DNA of 64,000 nt, from the NCBI RefSeq assembly GCF_000143415.4, contig NW_003314327.1:857403-921402 (forward strand). The letters run 5' to 3'. A model generated the notes under the pieces. That model made no database searches. It worked only from the letters and a program-made list of their open reading frames with translations, and had not been told where the DNA came from. Both the position numbers and the translations under genes were made by a program. Of the stretch, positions 23,991 through 37,406 are shown piece by piece. Source of the stretch: Selaginella moellendorffii (Eukaryota > Plantae > Lycopodiophyta). Numbering within the stretch: the stretch's first letter is position 1; each line of letters opens with the position of its first letter.

Positions 23991-25330
23991 GGAAGTGGAA
24001 TTTGATCTGTTGCAGAATTCCTGCTTGATTGGAGATGGAGGTTTCCGGCAGGTCTTCAAGCTTTTCTTGAGCAATCTGGCAGCAAAGGTGGCAATTCGGC
24101 AGCAGAACGAACTCGCAGAGAAGTTCAGCACTTTCCTGAATCCCAGTCTCATTAGCAAAGAGGCAGAAGTCCTAGATCGAAATTCTCCAATTCATCGACC
24201 CACTATTATTGTGTTCTCATTTTTGCTGAAAATCTCGCCATGGCTGGGAACCCTTTGCATTTTATACATGAGGCCCGGGAGGAATAATTTTTTATTGATT
24301 AACTTCTGATAGTGAATAAAGACTAACTATACATAATCTGCTAATTTAAATGGAGAAGTGCTTCTTATTTCCTTTCTATATATTTCCATAATCTTAGATG
24401 TGCTCATACAATCTCAGGCAGATACTTGTGCTTGATTGTCAATCCAAAATTATAACACATAAATAGTCAGAATTTCAGAAGGAAAAATGTTTTGCATATC
24501 TTGAAATTTCTTTAAACATTGGAAGAATAACTTTTTAACATCACATCAATATCACTATAAAGTCTTTCAGATTAAAAACCCATTCCATGTCTATTGCATG
24601 TTGAGACATATATATTTGCCTTTTGGTTTATTAAATTTGGCATTAACCTTCTAATTCCTTTTTCTTTTCTTAGGATTTGATAGGCATTATCAAGGTATAA
24701 TTTTTATAGTTACAAAAATCTCAAATTTGAAAAGTTTTTTATTGAGCATATTTAAGGAAATCAAATATGGTGGTGGATATTTTATCTTATATTTGTCATA
24801 TAATGAGTAATATATATAATTTTGTCATCATTTGAACAAGATAGTTAAAATTTTGTACTACAATAAAAAAAAAATTAATTGTTATATTATTAATTAAGTT
24901 TTATTCTGTTTAACCATGGTGCCATGGTATTATATAGTAAAGATTATGGCATTTTTTACTTTGCAACCATGGTTAACATTGTTATTTGCAATGACTAATA
25001 GGTAAATGTGTTAAAGGTATAGTGGCAATAACATATAATTGTGAATTCTATTTAGAATGTTTAATGAGTTTAAGAATATTGGAGATATAATTGCATATTA
25101 AGTGACTAAAAATACCTAAAAACTAAAATTTCTCATATAATAAAATAAATGTTAAATTCTATATATTTATTTAAATAAACTTTTGGAAAGAGTTATTTGC
25201 AAAACTTTGGAAATCTTGAGAGGAAAATGGCCACCTAAGCATTTATCAAGAGCATAGTGAATGGAATATTTTTCTTTTACTCTTAAAACAAAAATTATTG
25301 AAATAAATAAGCAAAACATCAAAATTAAAA

Positions 25331-26188
25331 TTATGGATTAATACGTACTGAACTCAGAAATTCTTCATCGCAATTCTCTTCACCAAGAAGTGGTATATAA
25401 ACTGGCATATCAACTTGGACTGCTAAAGGCACCCCCTTTTGAAGTTGATCCCTTTTCCAAGAGGGCAACCATGGTGTCACTTTCCCTTCAACGCCTTTAA
25501 TCACATCTAAAAGTCCTTGCTCCCTGAACTTATTAAGCCCTTTCACAAAGTCCAGTGGGTAATCACAAGCAAGTGTTGTGAGCAACTGTCCAAGCTTTTG
25601 AAGTGTGATATCTTGCTCTTGCTCATCACTTCCATCCCTAATAAACCTCTTGATGGCAATGGCATTAGCTAAAAGCATGCTTGGAAAGTTGGAGATTTGA
25701 TCATCCACCACAACAACCATGCTTAACTCCCGCCCAAGCCTGGAGATATCCTTCAATCCCCCTATGCAATGTTGCCAATAAAGCCTATAAGTAAAAATTT
25801 GTCCCTCGGGATCCAGCAGTCCCAATGCAGCTTCCGCATACGCCTGCGGAGAGGCCGTCCACAAAACCAGCTCGAAACGTGCAGCCATCAACTGCAAGAA
25901 GTCGTCAACGCAGGGCCTCTTGGCAACGTAGAAGCCATCGCCCTCACCACACTGGCAATTAAAGGGGCATCCCCGCTCACACTTGATGTAAACCAGAGTC
26001 TCATCTAAATCAAGCACCAGGGTACCTTTACCCTCGAATGCTGTCGAGCGCGGAGGCAGTAGCGAGTGCTCGTCTTGCACAGCGGCAATTGTGCACCGCT
26101 GCAAAGCCACCTGAGAGTCGAAGTACCTGGATCGCTGCCCAAACTTGACGCGCAACATTCTGAAACCCTTGTTTGAATTAGGGCTCAT
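25331..26188 (-). CDS. Intronless NIF/SCP1-like HAD phosphatase, copy 1
   Basis: TLVLDLDETLV (DxDxT), YVAKRPCVDDFL, FELVLWTAS..YA...L..LDP, KDISRLGREL..VVVVDD. Confidence 0.85.
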   Translation of the reverse strand: MSPNSNKGFRMLRVKFGQRSRYFDSQVALQRCTIAAVQDEHSLLPPRSTAFEGKGTLVLDLDETLVYIKCERGCPFNCQCGEGDGFYVAKRPCVDDFLQLMAARFELVLWTASPQAYAEAALGLLDPEGQIFTYRLYWQHCIGGLKDISRLGRELSMVVVVDDQISNFPSMLLANAIAIKRFIRDGSDEQEQDITLQKLGQLLTTLACDYPLDFVKGLNKFREQGLLDVIKGVEGKVTPWLPSWKRDQLQKGVPLAVQVDMPVYIPLLGEENCDEEFLSSVRINP

Positions 26189-26216
26189 CCAATATATTAC
26201 TTTTTAGGAATGCCGA

Positions 26217-27660
26217 ATGGAGAGAGCGAAGAGGCGCGGATCGTCATCTCCGGCCAGACTGCCGTCGCCAAGCTGGCGCTCGCGCAGCGAGAGTGAAGGT
26301 ATTCTAGATTTCCGATATTTCTAGGGCCGATGGAGCGATCGTTGGATGGGGCAATGGACAGGTGTGTCGAGGGGTGATTTTGTTTTGCCATTGGTCTGTC
26401 GAGGGCGCTTCACCAGCTTGACATTGTGAATAGCACCCACTCAGGAATGGCGAGTGGATGCTACTGGATTTCTTTTTTTCTTTGAAAGAGGACTAAACTT
26501 GAAACTGTTTGGAATACACGGCTGGAGCGTTCTTGGACGAGCTACTTACAAAGTGACTCCGAGGGGACAACTTCCAATTGTTGTTTATTGCGGTGGAAAG
26601 GAACCCTTTTTCCTACCACTTCCAAGCAACGAGTGAAGCTATAACGCCATGGTTTTGTTTCGTAGGTACTTCCAAAGGAGAGCCCGGAGATTACTGCTCA
26701 AGTTGATACGGAAGTTTCCAAGGCGGGTGACTGGGACGGAGCGCTTGATATTTTCTGGAGAAAGCAGGAGATCTCTCGACTGCCAGGAGCCTCACTCGCG
26801 ATGACTGGTATCGCCTCCGGAGAGCACTCTCAATCATCAAGGTAAGAATTTTGAGCGGAGTTATCTACGTGGTTTGTTCTCACGCATCTGTCAAGTTTGC
26901 AGGCATCCGAAGAACTTGGGACATAGATAATGGACTCTGCTCCAGAGAGCTCCTGTGCTGCTTTCTCTACAGGCGCGGCGTTGATCTTTACAGGGCGATT
27001 AGATACGAAGAAATGCTGGCCTGGCTGGAACACGATCAAATAGTTGGCCTGACGTGTGTTTTCATTTTTTTCTCTACAGAAAACGACGAGAGCGGTCGTG
27101 GTATGCTGGCTGAGGAGCCATGGCTGCTTCTCTGGCCATCGCATATCAACAGGTGACTCGATCAACTCTAGGCAGTCTTCATCGTACAGGCAATGGAGCA
27201 CTTGAATGAGAGCCGATGCGCTGGCGGTCTGTCATCCGAGGGAGCTTCCAGGTAGCTTTGAAGTCATTGAAGCGGTCGTAGCCTCCTGATAAAAGTGGCC
27301 CTCCAGGAATTATGCCCGGCAGCAGCTGATCGCTCCGTCACGAGCCTCTCTCTCAGTGGATAGACGCTTCATAATTGAGCTCCTCTCTTTCTCTACACCC
27401 ATTCAATGATTCAGAAGCCTCTCACTCAATCTTCGTTTATAACTTTGCAGCAAAGGAGCCTCGATTTCCTGTAAAGATCGAGTCGCCTCTCGCCCGAAGC
27501 GATAGCCAGGAAGGAGCTCTGGCTTTTAAAGTCTTGCGTCGCCAAGAACAAGCAAGCAACAGCCACGACCTTGGCTAAAAACACCGAGTCTGTTCCGTTG
27601 TGTGTGTGTAGGATCCTCGAGCGCTCGCATCCCTCCAACTCTGGAATGGGTCAGGGTACG
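26217..27660 (+). pseudogene. Deleted duplicate of tRNA isopentenyltransferase, copy 1
   Basis: Colinear with 31250-33080 but with many small deletions; the P-loop GKS is damaged (SGQTAVAKL). Confidence 0.85.
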
Positions 27661-28486
27661 TAGATCAGCATTTCTTCATTGAAGGTTAAAAGGCACTGGG
27701 TGGTTTAAATTAATCAATACTATGTTTCTGCAATTAAGCCCTTTCATTTTGGTTAACATTTCTCCTTGGTAATAGAACTAATATTTTAAGTTGCCAAAAA
27801 CACAATGAAACTAGAATTACTTTGGTAAAAGTTTTCTGTGGAATTTGATAATGGTTTGGAGGGCGGCTGAGGTATTTTGACGTCAAAATAGCCTAATAAT
27901 TCCTTTAAGAAGTTGTAAAGGTACATAAGATAGCTTTCCAGAATTTCTTACCATTTGTTTTCTTAACATTTCTAAATATAAAAATACTCCAAAAATAAAA
28001 ATACGTTTCCGAATACTGTATATTTGTAAAGATGGCGTATAGATTTTTATAATTTTATCACGAACCTAAATATCTTTAAAGGTTTATGAGGTTCATAAGC
28101 AATATTTAGAATTTTATTTGATAATACAAACAAATACCATATTGTGCTAATTTGGTATGCCCTTTATGCAAGTTTATATGCTTGCTTACAGGATGTTTTT
28201 TAATGAGAAAAGCTGCACTTAGTAATGTAGCTTAAAGTTTGCATGTTTTGTTATGTTAAGCTTAGCGTTACCACTATTTATTGTGAAAGAAATATACTTT
28301 ACTTCATAATTTTATTTTAGCAAGATTTATATCAAAAAGTAAATGTTAATAAAATTCTAGACACAAACTCATTCAAATGAAAGACAAATGAAACACGCAA
28401 CCTTTCGTATTAATAATAAACTCCCTCACTGTCTATCACTATAAAGATATGGGTATTAAAATATCAACTTTTTAAAGAGATTCAAA

Positions 28487-29308
28487 CTAAAGCCGCGTGT
28501 GAACACTACAGCCTTCATTACATTCCTCCTCAGCAGGAAGTGGCACATAGACTGGCATATTAGTCTTAGCTGCAAGAGGCACACCACTTTGAAGCCGGTC
28601 CCTTCTCCACGAAGGCAGCCACGGAATTGCTCTCCCAATGCCTTTGATCGCATCTAGAAGCCCTTGCTCCCTCAATTCATCAAGGCCTTTTACAAAGTCT
28701 CGAGGGTAATTACACGTTAGCTTGGTGAGCAACTGCCCAAGCTTTTGAAGTGTGATATCCTGCTCCTGCTCATCACTTCCATCCCTAATAAACCGCTTGA
28801 TGGCAATGGCATTAGCCAAAAGCGTGCTAGGAAAGTTGGAGATTTGATCGTCCACCACAACCACCATGTTTAACTCCCGCCCAAGCCTGGAGATATCCTT
28901 GAGCCCCCCTACACAGTGCTGCCTGTAGAGCCTGTGCTCGAAAATCCGACCCTCAGGATCCAGCAGTCCCAGTGCAGCTTCCGCATACGCCTGCGGAGAG
29001 GCCGTCCACAAAACCAGCTCGAAACGTGCAGCCATCAACTGCAAGAAGTCGTCAACGCAGGGCCTCTTGGCAACGTAGAAGCCGTCGCCCTCACCGCACT
29101 GGCAATTAAAGGGGCATCCCCGCTCACACTTGATGTAAACCAGAGTCTCATCTAAATCAAGCACCAGGGTACCTTTACCCTCGAATGCTCTCGAGCGCGG
29201 AGGCAGTAGCGAGTTCTCGTCTTGCACAGCGGCGATCGTGGTGCACCGCTGCAAAGTCACCTGAGAGTCGAAGTACCTGGATCGCTGGCCAAACTTGACG
29301 CGCAACAT
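28487..29308 (-). CDS. Intronless NIF/SCP1-like HAD phosphatase, copy 2
   Basis: Same motifs as copy 1, including DLDETLV and HRLYRQHC; uninterrupted 273 aa ORF. Confidence 0.85.
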   Translation of the reverse strand: MLRVKFGQRSRYFDSQVTLQRCTTIAAVQDENSLLPPRSRAFEGKGTLVLDLDETLVYIKCERGCPFNCQCGEGDGFYVAKRPCVDDFLQLMAARFELVLWTASPQAYAEAALGLLDPEGRIFEHRLYRQHCVGGLKDISRLGRELNMVVVVDDQISNFPSTLLANAIAIKRFIRDGSDEQEQDITLQKLGQLLTKLTCNYPRDFVKGLDELREQGLLDAIKGIGRAIPWLPSWRRDRLQSGVPLAAKTNMPVYVPLPAEEECNEGCSVHTRL

Positions 29309-29419
29309 TTGGAAACCTTTTCTGAATTAGGGTTCATCCAGCCCTAATACATCCTTTATATATACAACCTTTAGAATTTGGTTAATTAAGCGAAGGCCTT
29401 TTGACTAAAGCTTCTGTTC

Positions 29420-30270
29420 TATTGCCATTGTGGCAGCGTCGCCAGCGCAGGCAAGAAGAGAGCGCGGCGACGTGATCGTCATCTCCGGCCCGACTGCCGT
29501 CGCCAAGTCGCGCCTGGCGCTCGCGCAGCGGCTCAATGGCGAGAGTGTGTGCAGGTATCGCTAGATTTCCGATATTTCATGTCTCGACTGCCAGAAGCCT
29601 CACTCGCGATGACTGGTATCGCACTCTCAATCATCAAGGTAAGAGTTTTGAGCGGAGTTATCTACGTGGTTTGTTCTCACGCATCTGTCAAGTTTGCAGG
29701 CATCCGAAGAACTTGGGACACAGATAATGGACTCTGCTTCAGCTACCGCTCCAGAGAGCTCCTGTGCTGCTTTCTCTACAGGCGCGGCGCTGATCTTTAC
29801 AGGGCGATTAGATACGAAGAAATGCTGGCCTGGCTGGAACACGATCAAATAGTTGGCCTGACGTGTGTTTTCATTTTTTTCTCTACAGAAAACGACGAGA
29901 GCGGTCGTGGTATGCTGGCTGAGGAGCCATGGCTGCTTCTCTGGCCATCGCATATCAACAGGTGACTCGATCAACTCTAGGAAGTCTTCATCGTACAGGC
30001 AATGGAGCACTTGAATGAGAGCCGATGCGCTGGCGGTCTGTCATCCGAGGGAGCTTCCAGGTAGCTTTGAAGTCATTGAAGCGGTCGTAGCCTCCTGATA
30101 AAAGTGGCCCTCCAGGAATTATGCCCGGCAGCAGCTGATTGCTCCGTCACGAGCCTCTCTCTCAGTGGATAGACGCTTCATAATTGAGCTCTTCTCTTTC
30201 TCTACACCCATTCAATGATTTAGAAGCCTCTCACTCAATCTTAGTTTATAACTTTGCAGCAAAGGAGCCT
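29420..30270 (+). pseudogene. Deleted duplicate of tRNA isopentenyltransferase, copy 2
   Basis: [20 protein letters not shown], then a large deletion; 29580-30270 is nearly identical to 26774-27460. Confidence 0.85.
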
Positions 30271-31137
30271 CATGTGTAAGCTAAAGAAGTCTTCATTGCA
30301 CTTTTCACCGAAAAGTAACACGTAAATGGGCATTTAAACTTCAGCCACAAAAGGCAAACCACTTTGAAGCTTATCCTTTCTCCAGGAGGGCAACCATGGC
30401 ATTACTCTCTCCCCAATGCTTTTAATCACATCGAGAAGCCCTTCCTCCCTGAATTCGTCCAGCCACTTTATGAAGTCCAATGGGGACTCCCTCACAAGCC
30501 TGGTGAGCAACTGCCCAAACTTTTGAAGTGTGACATCCTACTCCTGCTCGTTGCTTCCATCCCAGATAAACCGCTTGATGGCAATCACGTTGTGCAAAAG
30601 CATGCTGGGAAAGTTGGAGATTTGATTGTCCACCACGACCACCGTGCTCAAGTCCCGCCCCAGCCGGGATAGATCTTTCACGCCCCCTACGCAATGCTAC
30701 CTGTAGAGCTTGTGCGCAAAAATCCACCCCTCGGGATCCAGCAGCTCCAGAGCAGCCTCGGCATACGGCTGTGGAGAGGCCGTCCACAAAACCACCTCAA
30801 AGTTTGCAGCCATCAGCTGCAAGAAGTCGTCGACGCAGGGCCTCTTGGCAACGTAGAAGCCATCGCCCTCGCCACACTGGCAATTGACGAGGCATCCTTG
30901 CTCACACTTGATGTAAACCAGAGTCTCGTCTAGATCGAGTACCAGAGTGCCTCTACCCTCGAATTCTCTCGAGCGAGGAGGCAGTAGCGAATGCTCGTCT
31001 TGAACAGCGGCGATCGTGGTGCACCGCTGCACAGTCACATGAGAATCGAAGTACCTGGATCGCTGCCCAAACTTGACGCGCAACATTTCCAAGAATTGGG
31101 GTTCTTCACGCCCTAGTAAATCCTTTATACAATACAA
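30240..31137 (-). pseudogene. NIF/SCP1-like phosphatase copy 3 with a premature stop
   Basis: KLYR-TAG-HC at 30697-30699 where copy 2 has CAG (Q); homology continues in frame downstream of the stop. Confidence 0.8.
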
Positions 31138-31179
31138 TCACAGTAATAAAAGGAGGCTTTTAACTAAACCCTCTTTCTT

Positions 31180-33147
31180 ATGAGTAGTGGGGAATGCCAT
31201 TGTGGCGGCTTGGCGCTGTGGAGAATGAGCGCTAGTGGCGCGAGCAAGACGAGAGCGCGGCGCGTGATCGTCATCTCCGGCCCGACTGCCGTCGGGAAAT
31301 CGCGCCTGGCGCTGGCGCTCGCGCAGCGGCTCAATGGCGAGATTGTGAGCGCCGATTCTGTCCAGGTATCGATAGATTTCCGATATTTCTAGGGCCGATG
31401 GAGCGATCGTTGGACGGGGCAATGGAATGCAGGTGTATCGAGGGCTGGATGTTGGAAGCGCCAAGACGCCCTTGGAAGAGCGAGAGGTTTGTGGAGGTTT
31501 ATTGGATTCCAGCAAGAAATTGTGTGTCACTGGTCTGTCCAGGGCGTGCCGCATCATCTGCTTGACATTGTGGATCCCACGGATGGTGAGTGGATTCTTT
31601 TTTTTCGTTTTCTTTGTTCGTGGAAAGAGGACTCAACTTGAAACAGTTTAGAATACACGGCTGGAGCGTTCTTCGATGATGCAAGGCGAGCTACTTACGA
31701 AGTGACTTCGAGGGGACAAGTTCCAATTGTTGTTGGCGGTACTGGTCTCTACCTGCGCTGGTAAGGATCCTTTCTGCCATTTCAGCAAGGAGTGGAGCTA
31801 TAACGCCATGGTTTTTGTTTCGTAGGTACTTGAATGGTAAGCCGGGTACTCCGAAGGAGAGCCCGGAGATTACTGCTCAAGTTGATGCGGAAGTTTCAGC
31901 TCTACAAAAGGCGGGTGACTGGGACGGAGCGCTTGAAATTCTGGAGAAAGCAGGGGACGTCTTGACTGCCAAGAGCCTCACTCGCAATGACTGGTATCGC
32001 CTCCGAAGAGCTCTCTCAATCATCAAGGTAAAGAGTTTCGAGCGGAGTTAGTTACGTGGTAGCGTTTGTCGAGTTTGCAGGCATCTGGGCAGCCAAGAAC
32101 ACGATTCTCTCTGGGACAAAAACCTGAAGCTAATAGCGACGTGAAGGAGGATATTAACTCTGCTTTAGTTACCGCTCCAGAGACGGACTACGATTTCCTG
32201 TGCTACTTTCTCTACAGGCGCCGCATTGATCTTTACAGGGCGATTGATGCGCGATGCGAAGAAATGCTGGCAGCTGGTAATGACAACAAGATGATGATCA
32301 AATGGCTGGCCTGACGTGTGTTTTCTCTTTTTTTCATTTTTTGTCTATAGAAAACGCCGAGAGTGGTCGTGGTATCCTGGCCGAGGCGTCATGGCTGCTA
32401 GATTTACGAATCCAACCAGGCTCAAGCCCGCCGTCTCGGGCCATTGGATATCGACAGGTGACGCGATCAACTCTAAAAAATCTCGGTTTCTTACCGCCTA
32501 ACCCGTCATCATCGTACAGGCAATGGAGTACTTGAATGAATGTCGATGCGCTGGCGGTGTGTCATCCGAAGAACACTTCCTGAAATTTCTCTCTTCATTT
32601 CAGCAAGCTTCCAGGTAGTCTTGAAGTCATTGATGCGGTCGTAGTCTTATGATAAAGGTGGCCCTTCCAGGAATTATGCCCGGCGGCAGCTGACCTGGTT
32701 CCGTAACGAGCCTCTCTTCCAGTGGATAGACGCTTCACAGCCACTGGTAAGTGAGCTCCTCTCCTCTTTCTCCACACCCATTTAATGATTCGGAAGCCTC
32801 TCACTCAATCTTCGGTTATAACTTCGCAGGAGAAGATCCTCGATTTCCTGACGGATGACTTCTCCAGGCCGGCCGACGTAAAGATCGAGTCGCGGGTGGT
32901 CCTCTCGCCCGAAGCGATAGCCAAGAAGGAGCTCTCGCTTTTAAAGTCTTACGTCGCCAAGAACAAGTAAGCAACAACAGCCATGACCTTGACTAAAACA
33001 CCCAGTCCGTTCCGTTGTGTGTGTAGGATCTTCGTGAGCTCCAGCGCGTGCATCCCTCCAATTCTGGAATGGATCAAACGAACACAAATTCAAGCATCAC
33101 CTTGTCAGGATCAAGCGACAAACTCACTCGCATTCGCCGCGAGCTGA
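31180..33147 (+). CDS. IPT9: tRNA dimethylallyltransferase, MiaA-type (IPT9-like), multi-exon
   Basis: [86 protein letters not shown]. Confidence 0.9.
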
Positions 33148-33331
33148 AGTATGTCCATTTTACATACACAGAGAGAGTACACAAAGAGAAGAGTTAGTAA
33201 AATTACCAACAATATACAATGCTTTCTCTCAAAAACCCGGACAGTTTTTCTTTCTTCGTTCACTCCACTGCTCTCACTCTTTTCTTCTTCTCCTTTGCTT
33301 ATCATCACAGTTCTTCGCGAGATCTTGTCAC

Positions 33332-34655
33332 TCAATCGTTGGTCAAGGGACGAGCCATGCAGCCGCAGCGAAATCTGGCCTTGCCAACCGAGTGCACGAT
33401 CTCCGCCCGAGCTTCCTCGAGCATCTTGACCACCTGCGCGAACCCCGGCCTCGAGTCTGGGTTTGCGTCCCAGCACCGGCTCATTATCTCGGCCAGCGCC
33501 GGCGGGCAGTCGGCTGGGATGCCCGGCCTGTATCCTCGGTTCACCACCGCAAATGCTGCCTGCACGGCCGTCATGTTCTGGAACGGTAGCAATCCTGTGA
33601 TGAGCTCCCACAGCACAATGCCAAAGCTGTAAACGTCCACCTTGTGCGTGTAAAGCCTGTGCTGGATCATCTCTCTGCAATGAATGAAACGGTTAGTGAG
33701 GCTTTGAAGTCTAGCTATGGAGGAAGAACACGAAAACGCGAAGAGAACGAAGAGAGAAATGCGCTTACGGTGCCATCCAGCGATACGTCCCGGTCTCGGG
33801 CGTCATCCCCTCGGTCTGGACCTCGATCCTGGCCACGCCAAAGTCGGCAATCTTGATCGACTTATCGGTGGCGATGAGCAAGTTGTCCGACTTGAGATCC
33901 CGGTGGATGAATCCCAGGTTGTGGAGGTACTGCATCCCCTGCGCGATGTCCAGCGCCTGCTTCACCGCCAGCTTGAGCGGCACGGGCCTCGACTTCCGCT
34001 TGCTCAAGAACGAGCGCACGGATCCGCCCTTGGCGTACTCGGTCACGATGCACCACACCAGCGGCTTCCGGCACGCCCCGATGAATCGCACCACGTTCTG
34101 GTGCTTGAGCGCCGCCAGCATCCGGACCTCCTGCGTGAACTGCTGCTCCATCACCTGCGCGCGCTCTGCGTTGTTCTTGGGCCGCTCCAGGATCTTCACC
34201 GCCACGTCCTCTCCGTCGTAGGTCCCCCTGTAGAGCCGGCCCGACGCGCCCTGCGCGAATGCGTGGCCCATGGCCAGCCGCCGGAGATCCAGCGTCCAGT
34301 CGTCGTAGCCCTCGAGCCCCTCGGTGGGCGAGCGCGCGTCCATGAGCGCATTGGTGAGCACGTCCTCGTCCGTGGGCGGCGGCGCGCCCACGGTGCTGGG
34401 GTGGACAACACTGTAGGAGCCCGTCACGCTGCGGTTGCCCCGCTTGATCCCCAGCTCCGGGTGCATCAGGATCGTCCTGCTCGACCCGTTAGAGCCGACG
34501 CTGCTCTCCGCCGCTGTCATCGTCACGGATCCACCGCCATTGCTCGTGTGGAGGCTGGCGACGCTGTCCACGGACATGTTGTCCGACCCGGCCGCCAGGC
34601 GCTCGTAGTAATCGTCGGCCGTGAAGCCGTAGAAATTCCCATTGAGAGCTTCCAT
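33332..34655 (-). CDS. Raf-like group C dual-specificity STY kinase (STY13/RAF22-like), one intron at ~33677-33768
   Basis: [59 protein letters not shown]. Confidence 0.93.
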
Positions 34656-35416
34656 CCTCCCGCTCCCAGATCTCTAAAACCCTAGCCTCGATCCGGCCCC
34701 GAAATCCCAACGCGCAGCGCGACTTCTCTGCTGCTCGCTGCCGCCGCGGCCACTCACCTCGATCCTCTCGCATGGCCAGCGGCACGCCGCGCGCGCGGGC
34801 GAGAGAGACGCGCTGCCGCCATAAACCCTAGGAGCTAATCGCTAAAAGAGCGCCTGCAATTCGCGCTGGCTCGCGTCTTCTAGTCGCCATGGCCGGAGAG
34901 ACAAACCAGACATTCAAGATGAATACGCGTGAACAGCAGCTGACACGTGGCGGTTGTCCTCTTGCTCTCGAATATTCGGCCCCCTGTGCCCTAAACGCGG
35001 CGGTTAGCTTAGAGATCCCCTTTAGCTTTAATTTAATGTGGCTTTGACTTCCAGTCAATGACATGGCATATGCTTCTCTACTCTAGCTAACTAAACCCCG
35101 GGAGTGAAGTGGAAAAGCAACTTCCTTAAGCGAGCTCGCGAGAGAGAAAGCGATGGGTGTTAACTAAGTAATAGTTAGAGCACACTGTACTTACTAACTA
35201 ACCCACGCCACTCCACTGTCACTACGCTATAAGCAGCTACTATGATGGTGGCAGTGTGGGCCGTTTAGAAATGGCTCTTTGCCTTCTCCTTCTTCTTCCA
35301 CTTCCCTAAAGCTCTTTTTTGATCTTCTTTCTTTCGAGCTCCTCGCTTTAGCGCGCCTAGCTCTCTTCCGGGATCCAAAGATTAAATTAGCTCGATGTAC
35401 TGATGTATGCTCTGGA

Positions 35417-37333
35417 ATGGCGACGCAGCAAGATTTCGCTGCCGCTGCTCCTCCTCCGCCTTCTTTCCTCAAATCTTGGCAGCAGCGCGTCGAGGAGCTG
35501 GGATTGCTGGCCATGGCCGATCGGACGGGGAATCGTCGAAATATCGGTGGCTTCTCGCAGGATATTTCCGACGATCGAGGGAAGAGTGAAGTAGCGGCGG
35601 CGGCGACGGCCTGGAATGGAAATGATCAGGTCGAGCAGCGGCATGCAAGAATCTCCGCCAGGGACTGCCGCCTCGATCTTGGCCTGGGGCGATTCCTGGA
35701 CGAAGTCCGTGGCCGGGATAGGATCCGTGGCATTCTTGGCGGATCGATGATCGATGGCGGCGGCGGCGTCATGCATCCAACCAATCCGCGAGATTCTCCT
35801 CCGCGGAGCCATCCCAAGCGCAGCCGGAGCTTGGGCCTGGTGGAGGAATCGAAATCGGAAGAGCAGCTCGATCCTCCAGCGCCAGATCGTTACGCCAATC
35901 TCCCGCGGCCGCCGCCGGCGATCAAGAAAGAAGAAGATCGTCCATCGCAGGAGCTGGGAGGATCATCGCCGCCGTTTGCATGCCTGGAATGCCGCAAGCG
36001 ATTCCCATCCGGTAAGGCCTTGTCTGGTCACATGAGATGCCACAGGAGATTTCCAATGATCTTAGGGCAAGGAGGAGAATCCTCCGATTCGTCAGGCTCG
36101 TCGTCTCCGCGAGCTCTCGATCGCGACCACAAGATCGCCACCGCCGCCGCCGCCTCGAGCTGGATCGACAAGGCGAAGAATCCCAAGCGAAAGATCGACG
36201 CCATCGATCAGGAGGAGGGTCCTGAGAGCAGCGACAGCATCGAGGCGACGTACGTCGCGGCAGCGATGGCGATGGCTGCCGCCACGACGATCACAGGCGA
36301 GGCAGCAGCAGCATCAGGCCCAGTGATCCCGCCTGGAAACAAGAAGATAATGACGGGACGGAGATCCGGCCGCCGCTCGTTACGCCAGAAGAATCGCTGG
36401 CGGACTCATGTTCTTGCCGCTCCAGCTGACATCAAGGACGAGAAAGATATGGCCAATTGTCTCGTCATGCTCGCGGGCGGCGGCGGCGGCGGGGCTGGTG
36501 ACACCGAGACGATCAGGCGGGCATCCTCGTGCGCGTCAGTGGCTGCCGACGATCATCATCGCCGAGCTCGATCTCCGCTGGATCCAAAGTTGCTGGCGGA
36601 TCTCGATGATCAAGGTGGCGAGGAAGTGGACTGGGTGCGCGCAAAGTCTTCCTCCTGCCGGACTACTGCTACCTCGGCGGCGTCCGCAACAGCACCAGGG
36701 AGGTACTCGTGCGCGACGTGCAAGCGTGTCTTTAAGTCGCATCAGGCGCTCGGGGGCCACCGCGCCAGCCACAAGAAGGTCAAGGGGTGCTTTGCGATCA
36801 AGACGAGCAGTAGCAGCAGCAGCAAGGCAACGACGACGCTGACCACTCTTGACGATGACTGCTACGATCCGGACGAGGAGAACCGGTACCACCCGTACGA
36901 GAAGCAGTACAGGGACTCCAGTCTCTCTAACAGATCTCTGGCAGGAGGACACGAGTGCTCGATTTGTCACCGAGTGTTCGCGACCGGGCAAGCGCTGGGA
37001 GGCCACAAGCGCTGCCATTGGGTCGGGGCAAGTAACAACAGCAACAATCCGGGTACTGCCACTCCTCCTCCTGCTGCTGACAGCAATCAGGTACTCAGGG
37101 TCTCAGCGTCCACAACGACGACTGATAACGACAGTCCGATGGTGTTGGTGGCAACTGCGGGTGATAATTGCGATCGTGATCGTCGCCCAGATCATTCCAG
37201 GCGGAGCAGCAGGCACCTGGAGCTGGATCTCAACTTGCCACCGCCGCCGGAGGACGGGCAAGGATCTGAAAGAGGGGCAAGAACAGAGACCACCAGATCT
37301 TGCGATAGTAGTAGCTTTGGACTCATTGCTTAA
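35417..37333 (+). CDS. Three-finger C2H2 zinc-finger (ZAT/EPF type) repressor with EAR motifs
   Basis: C..C...[13 protein letters not shown]; two QALGGH fingers; [10 protein letters not shown] box; C-terminal [10 protein letters not shown]. Confidence 0.92.
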   Translation: MATQQDFAAAAPPPPSFLKSWQQRVEELGLLAMADRTGNRRNIGGFSQDISDDRGKSEVAAAATAWNGNDQVEQRHARISARDCRLDLGLGRFLDEVRGRDRIRGILGGSMIDGGGGVMHPTNPRDSPPRSHPKRSRSLGLVEESKSEEQLDPPAPDRYANLPRPPPAIKKEEDRPSQELGGSSPPFACLECRKRFPSGKALSGHMRCHRRFPMILGQGGESSDSSGSSSPRALDRDHKIATAAAASSWIDKAKNPKRKIDAIDQEEGPESSDSIEATYVAAAMAMAAATTITGEAAAASGPVIPPGNKKIMTGRRSGRRSLRQKNRWRTHVLAAPADIKDEKDMANCLVMLAGGGGGGAGDTETIRRASSCASVAADDHHRRARSPLDPKLLADLDDQGGEEVDWVRAKSSSCRTTATSAASATAPGRYSCATCKRVFKSHQALGGHRASHKKVKGCFAIKTSSSSSSKATTTLTTLDDDCYDPDEENRYHPYEKQYRDSSLSNRSLAGGHECSICHRVFATGQALGGHKRCHWVGASNNSNNPGTATPPPAADSNQVLRVSASTTTTDNDSPMVLVATAGDNCDRDRRPDHSRRSSRHLELDLNLPPPPEDGQGSERGARTETTRSCDSSSFGLIA

Positions 37334-37406
37334 TGCTTAATATAAAGCTCTTTGAGCCTGAGTAGTTTCATCGCCACCTTAGGGCTAGCCAGACGTTATC
37401 AAACGC

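Noticed and set aside
30697-30699. Stop-codon readthrough or RNA-editing rescue of NIF copy 3
   Set aside because: A simple CAG->TAG transition is more parsimonious for a nuclear gene
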